Below are positions 1 through 13,300 of a DNA stretch of 64,000 nucleotides, piece by piece; within the stretch, counting starts at the first letter, position 1; every line of letters starts with the position of its first letter. Position numbers and translations under genes: made by a program. The DNA is from Hydrolagus affinis (taxonomy: Eukaryota): contig JAAILG010001433.1 in NCBI GenBank assembly GCA_012026655.1, forward strand, positions 1 through 64,000, written 5' to 3'. The notes beneath the pieces are model-generated. The model saw only the letters and a list, made by a program, of their open reading frames with translations, was not told where the DNA came from and did no database searches.

Positions 1-590
1 TCACCTTAAAAGCCGCCGAAACCTTGGTCCACGCCTTTGTCACCTCTCGGCTGGACTATTGCAACGCCCTCCTCGCCGGTCTCCCCTCCACCACAATCCA
101 CAAAATCCAGCTTATCCAGAACTCTGCCGCCCGCATACTCACCCGCTCTAAGCTTCGCTCCCCCATTACCCTAGTCCTTGCCAGACTTCACTGGCTCCCT
201 ATCCCAGAGAGGATCGACTTCAAGATCCTCACCCTTGTTTTCAAATCCCTCCACTCCTCTGCACTCCCCTATCTCTCTGATCTCCTCTCCCCCTAACCCA
301 GCATCCGCTGCCTTCGCTCCTCTGGGTCTGGCCTCCTCCATGTCCCCCGAGTCCTCCACTCCACCCTCGGCGGCTGTGCCTTTAGCCACTACACCCCGAG
401 GTTCTGGAACTCCCTTCCTCACTCCCTTCGCCTCGCCCCTCTCTTCCCAGTTTCAGGTCACAGTTCACCGAGCTTTTGGTCACCTTCCTGCCCCTGCCCC
501 TGGCTCGGTCCCGGAATCCGCTACTGTGTAGCGCTCTGAGACGCCATCCGGCGTGGAGGGCGCTATATAAATCAAAGTTGTTGTTGTTGT
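1..590 (+). mobile_element. L2-clade LINE, 3' end (RT C-terminus, 3' UTR stem-loop, (TTG)n tail); continues off the window start
   Basis: ORF 24-296 reads [47 protein letters not shown], the typical L2 ORF2 C-terminus. It ends in gcgctctgag-acgcc-atcc-ggcgt-ggagggcgctatataaat and gttgttgttgttgt. Confidence 0.93.
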
Positions 591-708
591 AGACAGTGAA
601 ATAAACTTGTCAAACTGTGCAGCACATTGAAATATAGACAAGGCATAGCATTTCCTTGGAAACAACTGCAGATTATTTGCAGTTGCAATAATGACAGTTA
701 TGAGGTTC

Positions 709-977
709 CAACAACAACAAAATTAAACTTGTGCAGCGCCTTTCACATCAGGAGGATGTCCCAAACTGCTGAACAGTCATTGTTTCAGATCTGAATTGTT
801 GTCAGAAACGGGGAGAGCGGAGGAAAAAGAGGGGATTTGGGGTGACCAATGGGAACATCGAAGAGGAGGGTTTTGAGGCGGTGCTTGAAGGAGGCTAGGG
901 TAGAGGGACTGTGGGGTGGAATTCCAGAGGTTAAGGGCAGAGTGGCTGAAGGCTTGCCTGCCAATGGTGGGGAACAC
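709..977 (-). mobile_element. L2 LINE 3' fragment (second family)
   Basis: (CAA)n, then the reverse complement of the L2 tail stem-loop (agcgcctttcacatcaggaggatgtcccaa). Minus ORF has GRQAFSHSALNLWNSTPQ, an L2 C-terminal motif. Confidence 0.88.
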
Positions 978-3900
978 TACTGAACACTATGCACAAAACA
1001 GCTTCAAGCATATTGACAGCTGGGTTGCTCATGAAAATAATGAGGGTAGTTAAAAAGAACTAAAATATACCATTATAAAACCTGCACACAAATAACGCAG
1101 TATCTGTTACAAAAAGAAAAAAAAGTGATACCAGGGAATCGATCGAATTTGATTTGGGGATTCGGAAAACAATTTAAAAAAACTGTACATCATCTGACCC
1201 ATGAATTAGATCGCTTTCTTGTAATTCACTCCTGGACATCTGTTATTCTTTGTAAAACTGTATTAATTATGTAATCAAATTAATGTCATGTTCTAATGTG
1301 AGGCAAGTATATGTTATGGAGCTTTGTGAGTACTTACCCAGCTAAAGTTGATGACATTCCCACTCTACTGGAGAGAGGGTGCAAGTGCAAAGAAAACTCC
1401 AAAGAAGTTTGTCACAAAGCAGCTTTTGGTGTGAGAGTTCATAGTTCCCGCTGTCTCAGTTGGATGCACACAACAGTAGATCTGAGAGGCTACGAGAAAC
1501 GGGAGAACTAGAATAGAAGGAGTAAGTACAAACTTGAAGCCACAAGCATATAATAATGAGCATATATAGACATTTGCTGTGCTAATCTGAATAACTGGTC
1601 ACATAGAGCATGCATACCACCAAAAGCTCAGCAGAATGAAAGATGTTCTTGTGGGTCTATTATGTGGAGAATGTGTACAGTCTTCTATCCCTGAAGACAA
1701 AGGGATTTGTCCTTAGCTCATCGTAAGATTGAGTAATGAATAGCTCAGTCAGACCTCACAGTCTTTAGAAGCCACCGATTTTCATGGGGCACCAATCAGG
1801 GGGCGTTTCAGCCTCTTAGACCATAGTTTCAAATTCTTGAGAAAGCTTTGGGAATCATATCACTTGTGAAAACACCAGTTTAGATTTTATCAGGGTGTTA
1901 TTTATTTTGCTTAATAGTTGAAAGATGTAGTTGTTTGATACAAAGAATTAAAATCATTATTCGTTTTGTTTTGTTTTATTATGGCAATAATTTTGATAGC
2001 TACTAAATACAGAAACTATTTGCTTTAAAACAGAATGTCGGATTGTTCGCCACAGTAAATTCACTTGCCTTTGTAAAAGTAATAAGATTCCTATTTAGAT
2101 TTGACTAATTTCAAAATTTCAGAGTGGAATGTCAGTGGATGATTTATCATGCAGAGTGAGCCTAATTTATGCCGTTTGACATTTGGAAGCTGTGGAGAAT
2201 GGCCATGTTCTCTCAAAACTTTCCGTTTTTCATTTGCTTCCATTTTTAACCTATTATTTTGACACTGTTAAATTAAGTTACCAGGGGGTTCTTGATTTTG
2301 CTATGTGAGAACTAAATAATCCCAAATATATTTATTTCTGCTCTTAAATATATTATCAAAATATATGAATATATACATATGGCTGTGTTCTACTGTATAT
2401 GATAGTATTGGCTTCTTTCAACAAACCTATATTTTAAGCAGAATGTCCAATATTTCTGGTGATTTGTTAGTTTATATCTTGTATGGAATTTGTATAACAC
2501 ATTTTGTGTCTATGAAGGAATTAAATTAGTCTGGGTATTTGGGGAAAGTAATGTCAATAGGATAAACATTATGGCACTTAACTGAGATGCCATTTTTGCA
2601 TGGTGCTTTGGTGTCTCTTAACTAAAAGTAAGAAGGTTGTAATTTCTCATTCTTGGCTTTTACGTTATGCATGTACATCAGACCACTGAAACTATAGATA
2701 AAGTACTCTTGTCAAGAATACAATGAAGACTAAGAGAAAAATTTAGTTACATGCAACCTATTGTAGTTGTAACATGAAAGCTAAAGGTTTTTAGCTGTTC
2801 TGTAAAGAATGACCTGCCTTTCATCGTCAACTGTCAAGGCTGTCAGTAGTTGATCATTCACAATCTCACTCATTTGCACTTTGATAATATGTTCATCGTA
2901 TCATTGAGAAAGTGGTGAACTGATGTTTTAATCCTTATGTCCAGATTTCAGGGACTAGGAACACATGATTGGTTGATGGTATAAAAACAAATAAAGAATA
3001 TATTTACATCTGTTGAGGGCATATTTATAATCTTTTTACCATCAGTTGAATATTGGATGCTGAACAAAGCATGATTTAACTTGCATGCCATGTAGTAAGC
3101 AGCATCCTGCTTAAACAACAGTGAAAGACAAGGCGTGATACATTCGGTGTTTTATCCTGTCAGTGTTTGTTTTAGTAGTTCACTTGTTCTCATTCCAAAC
3201 AATCAATGGTGTGGCAATAATCCCTTATACTGTATATGGACACTTTCACACTCATTAATGTCATTTAATCCCATTAACAAAACATATGCGGTAATACAAA
3301 TGGATTAAGTGGCTTTGATATAAGATAGAATCTTTGCAGCTGTAGATCGCATTTCAATCTAAAATTAATATTAGTTACAACAGTACCAGGAAGTATATTT
3401 TAAACAGAGCAGAGCAAAGATGACACAATTGAAGATTTCCATCTAATGTTTTCAATGAGTGTATCAGAACGTTTAGAGCAATGTGATAGAGATAACAGTG
3501 ATCTAATAACAGTTACTCCAGAAAATGGTTCTTAGCAAGTAATTTTATTGTGAAATTAGGGCAGGACACACTAGCTCAGTTCAGCATCAGTCATATTTTC
3601 ATGTAAATCAAACCAAGATGCATCTTTTTAGTTAAAAGTTCTAACAGTGATTACAAGGCAACAATTGAGGGGTGTAGAGGCTGTCATAAACTGCAAGATG
3701 GAGTGTTTCATAGCTGTCATTGAATTCTGGAAATAGGTTATAACCTTGAAATTAATCACTGCTGTCTGTTACTTTTCAATAATATGCAATAGTTTAATCT
3801 TATGTAGAAGTTTATTCAATATTGAGTTACTCATTATGCTCTCAGTGGTTGTTGCTGGTGATACCGCCTGTCAGTGACTTCAATGTCATTGAGATTAATG

Positions 3901-4714
3901 ATTGTGACATCATCTCAGCAAGTTCATCAAGAAATAGTATGTGTATTTCAATAAGAGATTATTACCATTTCATTATGAGATTTCAGTATCTTGGATGTTT
4001 CTGTATGAAGTACCTGTTTTAAGCCATGTCGATCATCTGGTGAAATACCTCTTATGTTCTCTGAGCTGCAAATGTGCACTTGCAAGTGTGCCGCTAACAG
4101 GAATTCTGATAGTTGGGGCTGCTGGAAAATCATTGTCTTTCCATTTGCGGTTGAAGCCTGTTAATTGGGATTCCTTAAAGGAAATTAAGGTGTCTTATTT
4201 ATCAGATTGTTCCCATTAGCCATGCCTTGGTTAATCAATGTCAACCATATTCATTTATAAAATGAAAATGGTCTCACAACTGATGAAGTATCACATCGCC
4301 TGGTGCCAGACTTAATCATAGGAAGTGCCATCACATTGGCATGTATCAGACCTCCATCATGGAGATTACTGGACAGCAGAGGTATGAGTGCTAAAATATA
4401 ATGTTTTCTATGTATATTTATAAAGAAAACGTAGAACGAACTGATAAAAAAAAGCTTGATTTTCACAATTTGAATAAGATAGCACTTAGTTCCACATGAT
4501 TAGATTGACTTGCTGCATAAATCCTTTTTACACCTATGAATCAAATAGATGCATGTAACTGTGATATCCTATGTTTATCAGATATCTCAAATAAAATGGG
4601 TTTCAAAGTACAATAAGCACTTTTTAACTTTGGATCTATATAGAGTTATCAAGTGATCCAGGGACCTAACAGTATAGAGATCCTCAATTAATAAGAATAA
4701 TAGATCACCAACGT

Positions 4715-5125
4715 TTCAGATAAAAAAAGCCCTTTGGCCCATTTGATCGCATCTTTCCAGAATATCCACCCAATATCCCCTGTTTTCCCATTTTAGCATC
4801 AAGCTGTTTCTTGGTTTCAACCACTGTTCCTGATAACCCATTGGAGTTATTTATAGAATCATAGAATTTTACCACACAAAAGGAGGCCATTCAGCCTATC
4901 AAGTCAGTGCCGGGTCTTTGAAGTCAATTGCACTACCCAGCTCTCTCCCCATAACTCCATAAACCCGTCCTCCCCAAATAACCATTCACCTCTCTTTTAA
5001 AAGTTGATATCAAATTGGCCTCCACCACCCTTTCAGGCAATGCATTCCAGATTTGAACAACTCGCTGCGTTTAGTACCCCCTGGGTAGATAGATACTTTC
5101 TGGTGTCCGTCTTGCAATTGTCCTA
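4715..5125 (-). mobile_element. CR1 LINE 3' fragments; a younger CR1 end (about 4853-5070) appears nested in an older one
   Basis: atagaatcatagaat is the reverse of the CR1 (GATTCTAT)n tail, followed by ggaggccattcagcc and gcctccaccaccctttcaggcaatgcattccaga. The flanks carry a second, more decayed CR1 3' UTR. Confidence 0.75.
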
Positions 5126-5172
5126 TCAAGAAACTCCCTTCTCTTTTTGAATAACATCATAATAACAACATG

Positions 5173-5305
5173 TGGAGTCCTGGAGATCAGCGGTTAGAGC
5201 GCTTGTCTTACAAGCAAGAGACCTGGGTTCTATTCCCGGCAGGGTGAAACCTGGGCAAGTTTCCTTACTCCACACGCCTGATGATAATCCCTCAAGAAAA
5301 AAAAC
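5173..5305 (+). mobile_element. tRNA-derived SINE, 5' half
   Basis: A/B-box head ggagtcctg..gttagagc..gggttctattccc, then the family body cctgggcaagtttccttactccacacgcctg. Confidence 0.88.
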
Positions 5306-7645
5306 ACTACAGCTTCAAGTCGTAAAAGATTTAATATTCTGTGATAACAAAATTGTTTTTATAGCATCCTGGATGCCAAATTCTCAAAGTGCTTTACAGT
5401 AATCGTTGTCAAGTTTAGCGACTGTTTTTTTGTAGAGACAGAATGCCTTGAGTGTACAATGCTGGACATGGAGTGCCTTATAGCATCTTATACCTGATCT
5501 CTATACGTGCTCTTTTTTAAACAAGCATGCAAAGTAAAACATTCCTGTAAATAATTGAAGATAACTTTACAATGTCATTTAAGAATCAGAAAAGGCATTG
5601 GACAATACTCAAATATGAGTCAAATTGAACTGGACATAAATATCATCTTCTTTTCTTTAATGTTGTGCTTTGAATGTACTTGCAACATCTTTAGTGTCAT
5701 GTCCTAGCCTAACTACAAAAATGCTTCTGAATTCAGCAATAAATTATACATTAAACTGATGGTGTCTGGGGACAATTTACAGTGACTCTGTCTACATCAG
5801 AATATTTAGCCATGTTTGTACCTACATTAACTTTTCAAAGTCCTCAGTGGTATGTAGTCTTCATTAAGATCACTTCACATTAAATAGTTATGTATGCGCT
5901 CAGCTCAGAGAGGTTCTGTGCATTACAAAGTGTTGCTTGGATCACAGCAGCAATGCAGATACATCAGTTAAACTGTAACTATTGTAGCATTAAAACAAAA
6001 CTGTAAAATCAAATCTATTCTGTAATTATCACAGCCGAAAGCTTCAAAATTTCACTTGTATCCGAAATCAGAATCAAATAATTCCCCTTTACAGATGTTA
6101 TGTTTATCATCTGAAGGCAGCTTTAAAGTGTTATGTGATCAATGTGAGTTGCTGTGGGGTTAAAGTTTGCTTTTTCCCACTGTCAAAAACATATTGATCA
6201 TTTTATTCTATTTGCTATTTCTGAGTTCAGTATACCTTGCCAGTCGATGAGCAAGATTGAGAGTGTATCCCTTTTTGTTTGCTTGTTGTATTTCATCCTC
6301 CAGATCCGAGATACTTTTTTTGATTAATCGCAAATGCTGCGGGGTCAGAGCTAGCGAATCTGTTTGTGGAGTCAGCTGATGTTGTCAGATAAATGTCTTA
6401 AGCTTAGCCAGGGTTCATGCCCCTAGCTTTAGGCTGTGCCAAATGTCTCCCCTTGTTGAAAAAGATAACAGCTACACCAGAGGCAACTGTGGTGTTTATC
6501 CACAGGGAGGGCTGACCCTTCCATATGGGGCTTTGCCATAGTGAAAGAATTAGTGCAGATTTTTCTCTTCCAATGCTATAAATGTTTAAACCGCAGAATG
6601 CTTTTGTGTCATTGAGTGTTTCTTTTAATCTTTTAAAGGCCTCCAGTAGCTTCTCTATAACAGTTTTGTTAATATGGATAAATTGGCGCAGCTAAATTGA
6701 GTCAGAGAATTAACTTTTTTTTACACAAAAATCCTCAAACTATCCTCATACTTTTTAATTATAGTTGATGATAACTGTGAAGAATATTTGTTTTTCAAAT
6801 AATAGAAAATGCACCTTATAAAGAGACAACAATGCTAGATTAATGTCTTTTTAAGGTGATATCACTGCAGACACATTTTCTTTCACATGACATCTAAAAA
6901 CAATTTCAGTGATTTCATAATATTGAATATTGCAGGACCGAATAGAAGTATCAAGAACTACAGGATATTCCTTAATTCAAAAGTATTCTATTAACTATCT
7001 CAAAAGTTGTAATCTGGTTGTATTTTTTAATTCTAATTATTTTGGTAGAGTAATCCAACTGCTTAGTCCTCAAAGGATTAATGGAACTGGATATTATCTT
7101 TCCCATGTACTGTTCATACATATGTATATTTCATTAAATCAGACATAATGCAGCATTTTAAGAAATGTACATTTTTATAAAGTGTGCCAATTTGAGAAGC
7201 TTGTAGTCATGGTAACATAATGGTAAGCTAATTTGACAATCTGTTTCTTAAAGTATAAAATTTAGATATTTAAATTTATTAACTGAGTTTAACTGACAAT
7301 TACTGACAACTTCAGTTTAAATATAATGACATTTTACAAGGTTCTAAATATTTTTAAATAGTCTTTAATAGGAATTTACGTTGAGGCAACGACAACTTTG
7401 CACAGGATAGTGTCTTGAGGCACTGAGTCACACCCAAACATAAGGTGGAAATATTTTTAAATCAGAGTAAAAACAGCAATAATCCATCAGTAACATTATT
7501 ATTACATTTAATTAAACAGGGTGGCCTTCTGAGATTATGTATATTTTAAGAAAACGCTTTATTAATTTTCTTATTTGAGCATGAATCAAATGTTTGCAAC
7601 TACAATTCAAAAGGTGGGAGTACCCTGAGGCCTGTCTCACATTTC

Positions 7646-8230
7646 AACAGCTTGTATTTATGTTGCGTCCTTCGGGCAACTTAGTTTCTCGGAGAACTAC
7701 AGGGTGGTGGGGTTGGTCGCAAGCAAGGAGGAAAGGGAGAAGACCAAAGGCATAGCCGGAAGAGGTTGTAGATTTAGTGACAAAATGTTTGTTTTTTTAA
7801 GCGTTTATTATTCCTGGAAAAGCAATCTACCAATTGACTAGCAACTGGGTTCCTGGTTATTGTTAGGTAAATAGAGTCCTGTGGAGTAAAGAAACTCAAC
7901 CAACGTTCCGCCCTGCCTGGGAATCAAACGCTGGACCCTCGTTTGCGAGGCCAGTGCTCTATCCACTGAGCTACAGGATTCCACGAATAGTGGGATGCAA
8001 GTAGGTCAAAAAAGTGCAACGTGATTTGTCTGTTAAGGTGAGGATTGAAATTGATCCATTCAGTGATAGGTAGCCAGTGCAGCTTGCAAGAATTGGAGTG
8101 ATGGGTGTACAGACTTGGTACATGTACGATGCAGGTGGTGGAGTTTCGGATGAATTGGACCTTGCCGATAATGGAACTGGGGAGACCAGTTTCATAAGTT
8201 AAGGCAAGAGGTATCAAGGATAAGGGTTTT
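7646..8230 (-). mobile_element. Decayed L2 3' region interrupted by a SINE
   Basis: Minus ORF 7924-8262 contains GLPSSII-KVQFIRNS..KLHWLPITEWINF. An L2-type tail remnant lies near 7646-7700. Confidence 0.72.
7805..7983 (-). mobile_element. tRNA-derived SINE (long subfamily), inserted in L2
   Basis: Reverse complement reads tggaatcctgtagctcagtggatagagcactggcc..ttactccacaggactctatttacctaacaataaccaggaacccagttgctagtcaattgg. Confidence 0.88.
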
Positions 8231-9763
8231 GCCAATATTCGGGGTGAGTTAGTGTTGGACATGCACTTAATATGGATTTATGTGTGGTATTCATTGTGTA
8301 TTTTTCTCACTGGCTATTATTTGCACCTTTACCCAAACCAAATTTGGACACATTTTCTCAAGGTCACTTTAAAAAAAATAAAGCAGGTTGACTGTTTGCA
8401 TTTCGAATGTAAATAAAAAAGTAATAGAGCCCATGTTGGGATTGTGCTCGAAAACATTTGATTCAGTTTCAAATAACACTCTTATATCAGTAACAATTAA
8501 TAAAGATAAATTTGTAAGCACGCTTCTTAAAAGCTAGGCAACATCAATATTTTGGAGCCTCTGCTGAAAAGTACAGCTCCGCTCAGGGCTGGATGTAACA
8601 GTATTTGAGCTTTATTCCCCATTGGATTCTGACAGCTAGCTGTGTAAGTAATATTATGGTCTATATAATGTGAGAAAATGTGTACTTATAATGTTGGAAA
8701 CAAACATTTTCATGATTGAAATCCAGTGGATTATTCAACAATTGAAGAGAAATAGTTAACTGAACAACTGAGAGGCTAAGCTATCACTCTGCAAAGAGAG
8801 AGTAATACATGCAGCACTTTTGGAGAAATGGGTGTAGAAAAACTATGGCTGTAGTTTAATGTCCTTCTTACATTAAAAATGTCATTGGGAGAGAGGTGTC
8901 ATCATGTTCATATCAGCAGAATTATATTTCTCCTTATCAGTACTAGTGTACAACTTGACATGTTTGGTCACAAGTTTTCAAAGAAACCACAGCAAGCAAT
9001 AAATGTTGGCTGATTCATACCTGTAAATATGATGACCATTACTTGGCCAATAACTCAAGAGATCGGTTTACATGCATTCATAACTTTCCATGAAGCTGTC
9101 ATGTCATTTACACACTTTGATGGTTCTCAGATGTTGTGAAAATTCTATTTGATAAGCTAAACTAGAGTTGTGAGAACCAAAGGGAGAGGCCAAGGCCCAT
9201 GATGCAGTATAGCACAAAGAAAAGCAAAGATGATTTAAGAGGAAATGCTTATTGGACGCCAGCCATGGGTTCTGTTAACTAAAATTGTAAGAGGAGGAGA
9301 AAAGAGGCAGGTGAGAAGTGAGATGGTGGGAGAAACTGTTAAGAGCTGAAAATATTGCAATGAGTTTTGATTTCCACACAGTGAGGATACCGAGAAGGTG
9401 ACAAATGCCATATTAATATAATAAAGACATGAAAGGTTCTGGCCAGTTGAGAGAAGATGGAGGCAAGCAGAGAGCAAAAAAATCATCTACCTTCCTGACA
9501 AGTTTATCCAAGCGTATAAGAGATTCCTCAGGTATAGAACTAGAATTTAGATCTTGAATTATCTTGAACTTTATTTAAAGGCTAAGAGTTAATGCTAGGA
9601 GAGAGGTAAATAAATGTTCAGCATTAAGGAGGAAGCAAAGCCTCTTGCAGGCTACTTTCCAATTGAGAAAAAAAAAAAATTCCTTTTGAAGTGGGAAGTA
9701 TGTAGTAAAAAGCCAAACGTTTAATGGACAAAGAAGCATTAAGAATGGAGCAATTCTAATATG

Positions 9764-10069
9764 ATAATATAATAACCCTTACATTTGATATAGCACTTTT
9801 CATGTCTTCTAGGCATCTGATAGCGCTTCACAGAATAAAGTGAATTGACTGTATATTTTGGGGTGAAATGTGGTAGCCAATTGCGCACAACAGTGTCCTA
9901 CTAACAGTCGTGAGTTGAAGTGACAAATTTTTTTGCATGTTTTTCTTGAGGGATTATTAGCAGGCGTGTGGAGTAAGGGAACTCGTCCAGGATTTTGCCC
10001 TCCTGGGAATCGAACCCAGGTCTCTCGCTTGAGAGGCGAGTGATCTAACCACTGAGCTACAGGATGCCA
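9764..10069 (-). mobile_element. Full-length tRNA-derived SINE (short subfamily; Deu-type 3' part, L2-like tail)
   Basis: Head, body, Deu motif (ctgttgtgcgcaattggctac) and the tail tgaaaagtgctatatcaaatgtaagggttatt are all present on the minus strand. Confidence 0.92.
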
Positions 10070-10367
10070 ATTGAAAAATGAAGTGGGAGCTATTGGTCAG
10101 ACTTGCAAAGAAATTGTCTCCTTGACAAATTACTGTGTACTCCTCATATGAATAGACACTAAGCTGATGGTAAAAGAATAAATTGAAGATGAACTGTTAA
10201 AAAATGTGAAAGTAGTAACAATAAACTACAGAGCTATACACAGATAGAATGTCTCAAGAGGCAGCTAGACAGCTAAGAGCATTGGTTTAGTGGCAAATCA
10301 CCAAACAGATACCAGCTTGCTTGAAAATACACAGTGACTCGTTTTGTCTCCCCTTAGATGTATCTAA

Positions 10368-10533
10368 GTGAATTTACTGTATGTTTTGTGGGTGAAACAT
10401 GGCAGCCAATTGTGCACAGCCCAACTCGTGGAATTAAGTGACCAAATTATTATTTATTTTTAAGGGATTATTCCGCCCGGAAAACCAGTCCGCTAATCGA
10501 CTAACAACTGGGTTGACTACTTACTGCTGGGTA
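10368..10533 (-). mobile_element. SINE internal fragment (long subfamily)
   Basis: Contains ggcagccaattgtgcacagc and the reverse complement of tttacccagcagtaagtagtcaacccagttgttagtcgattagc. Confidence 0.78.
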
Positions 10534-10683
10534 AAAAGATGTTTTGATGTAGCTTCTGTGCCTTCAGATGTAAAGAATTAAAGACAATATGTTGGTAATT
10601 TAAGGATAAGAATGGTAGGGGGAAATTGAGCACATTCCAAAGAGAGGAATAGATGGTCTGGGGCTGGAAGATAACAGGAGTCA

Positions 10684-10744
10684 AGCGCACCAAGATGCTT
10701 TCTGGCAAGGAGAGTGCTATATAAGTGGAAGTTGTTGTTGTTGT
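10684..10744 (+). mobile_element. L2 tail-only insertion
   Basis: gcgcaccaagatgc..gagagtgctatataagtggaa followed by (gtt)n. Confidence 0.65.
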
Positions 10745-12630
10745 CAGTTCAGAGCCATATTCAGAGGGATTTGGTCAGTAACTGGGAATCAATCATGCAA
10801 TTGAAGTAGTGAGGATAAAACTTGATGTTGATCTGAGTAAGACAACACAGTGGAATGATGGAGAGAGACTCTCTTATCGGTCATATTGGTATTAGTAATG
10901 TTAAAGGAAAAAGTGACCGAAAAAGACAGTTTGCTTTCTAGAAAGGATAGCGACCGAACAGTCAACATGGAATATTGCTGAAAAGGATATTTCACAGAAG
11001 TTTGCGAACATAAGTGGACTTACTTGAAGTGAAGTTCCCAAATCAGAGAGATTTCTTTGTCTGATACTGGAAGTTCAGTCTGCTGCAGCATCTGTGTTAC
11101 CTGAAGTTTTGTATACGACTGTATAGTACAGCTGAGGAATTTTTACACTTGCTGAATGTCCTCATTGTCAGTTGTGAGGATTTCAGCTGCTTGTCACGAA
11201 AACCAAAACCTTTGAAGAAGTCTTTTAAAATAAAATCATACTGCATCACTGTCTGTCACTATAAAAAATAAAACTGACTAGTAGGAATAAAAATAAGTAT
11301 TGGCTGTCCATACTCTTCTCTCAGAGTAGAAATCTTTGCTTCATGAGTTCTGAAGTACTCCGTAATAATAGGACAAGGCTGGAAGGACTGACAGGCACTT
11401 TTAGTCTGAAGTAGAAAATATATGCTGGTCCATCAAAGATGGTTTGACACAATAGGAAGATCCATTTTGCAGAGGACAGATTACTTGCAGGATATATACA
11501 GTATTTCAGATGTCTGTCCTGAAGGACAGATATTCATTACAATTATTTCCTAGCCTTGAATTTTAACTTTAATATGTATTATTATATAGTTAACCTTAAT
11601 CTTGTGTTTGGCTGTGTCTGTGGGGTGAATGGTTATTTTCTATCAACCTCATTTTTATTTGCCCTGTTTGTGTGCAGTTTAATATTTATGTTATAGATCC
11701 TCTTCTAGAAGTGGTTCTGTAAACCCCTTGTGCTGGAATCATATCAATTACAGCCCATCAAGTCACTGCTGCTATTATCTACTCCACTGGAGCTTTATAC
11801 ACTAAACCCAATTCTTCACACTTCTCCATGCCCAATTAGAGAATCATACAAATTGCAGCACATAAGGAATATATTTGGCCCATCAAGCTGTTAATGCGGA
11901 ATCCTGACACTTGCAATGGTACATCTTCAGTCATTCATTTCATAACTATTTTGTAGGGCAGTTGTGTGCAAAAGAGCAACAAGCATGTCTAAGCATATAC
12001 CTCATGTACCTCTATGACTAAAAGAGATTATGAGACAGATTTCTTAAAACATTTATCTTCAACTTGTAAATTTTATTTTGTATACAATTAAATGTGACAG
12101 AAATGTAATCCTAGTAATGATTTACAGAGTGCAGTCTAAGTTATCTTTATTTGGTAAGCTGAGGGGTGTCATCTGCATGCTCCAACTCCACCACCTCTCC
12201 CTGTCATCTTGTGTTCAATCCATCCAATCTGCCTGGCAGTCTAAAAACTCTAGATCCATTTTGTTTAGTTTATTAGTGGTATACCTTTGTGTCTTCTGTT
12301 TCTCTTTAATAATCTTGGGGAAGGAGAGGGAATTAGATTATGTTTGTTTTTCCATGGACATTGAGTGCAGTATCAACAGCATAAGTTTTGATTGTGGCCG
12401 CAAAGGGTGATTATTTGCCTTTAAGTGCTCTTTTTCAATAACAAAAGGTCTAAATACTTGTCATTAGCAAATTATTTTTTGTCCTTTTTTAATATAAAAA
12501 GTGAGAGCTGATGCTATTATTTGGCATAATTTACTTGGAAAACTTGAGCCTGGGTATGTGTGGGAATTCTATTAACATGCACAGTAATAGCAGGAGAACC
12601 TTATGTTTGCTGTATATATCTTTACTTTTA

Positions 12631-12700
12631 CAACAACAACAAAATTACATTTGAATACATTTTGTATATTTCACGTTGAGAGGATGCCCCAAGGCGCTGG
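12631..12700 (-). mobile_element. L2 tail-only insertion
   Basis: (CAA)n followed by tttcacgttgagaggatgccccaaggcgctg. Confidence 0.75.
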
Positions 12701-13047
12701 GGAATTTAAACTAATGAATTTTTATAAGGAATATTGATGGTGATACACTATAATGAGACACAGTTCTTCATTTACAAGGTAAATAAGTGCTGAAATTGGA
12801 CAACTGATGTACCTCATTTTAAATCATCTTAAAATTCTTGTTTTTAAAAATCGATTTTTGTAACTAGCTGAGTACTTCACAAAGACTCTTCGTGAAGTTG
12901 GCCTCCTTACAGACAGCCTAGCTTTGGATGAAGTCGAATGACAGGGCCTGATAATGAGTCTGTTGGGTTTGTCACTGTATTGTAAGAAATAGGTTGCTTT
13001 GCTACATTGAAAAAATCAGTTGAGTTTAGATCCCCAGACACCGTGCT

Positions 13048-13300
13048 CAAGCTGTGCAGGGGTCTTGTGACTCTTCCACTGAAGCTTCTGCTAGCTCTCC
13101 ACTGGAGCTAACTGCTCAACCCAATTCCCTGCTCTTTCCCCTGCCCGTTTGTATTCTTCAAATGTTTATCCAATTCTCTTTGTTATGTTATAGTTTCAGC
13201 TTCAAAAGTCACTTGTGGCCAAGCATTCCATGTTCCAAAAAATCTGCTGCATAAAATCTTTAACTCTTCAGTAGCAATCCTGAATTTATGTCTTGTTACT
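13048..13300 (-). mobile_element. Decayed CR1 3' fragment
   Basis: cccaattccctgctctttcccc..tttatccaattctctt..caagcattccatg resembles the CR1 copy at 4853-5070. Confidence 0.5.

Noticed and set aside
24-296. ORF as a host gene
   Set aside because: It is the L2 reverse-transcriptase C-terminus; the overlapping ORFs at 171-531 are by-products of the C-rich LINE sequence.
6500-6513. CTCF-like motif ccacagggagggc (partial matches also near 59706 and 63021)
   Set aside because: Mismatches at core consensus positions; not supportable without a PWM scan or ChIP data.
11473-11531. Short aggacaga/tctgtcct inverted repeats
   Set aside because: 8-bp stems only, expected by chance, with no supporting context.
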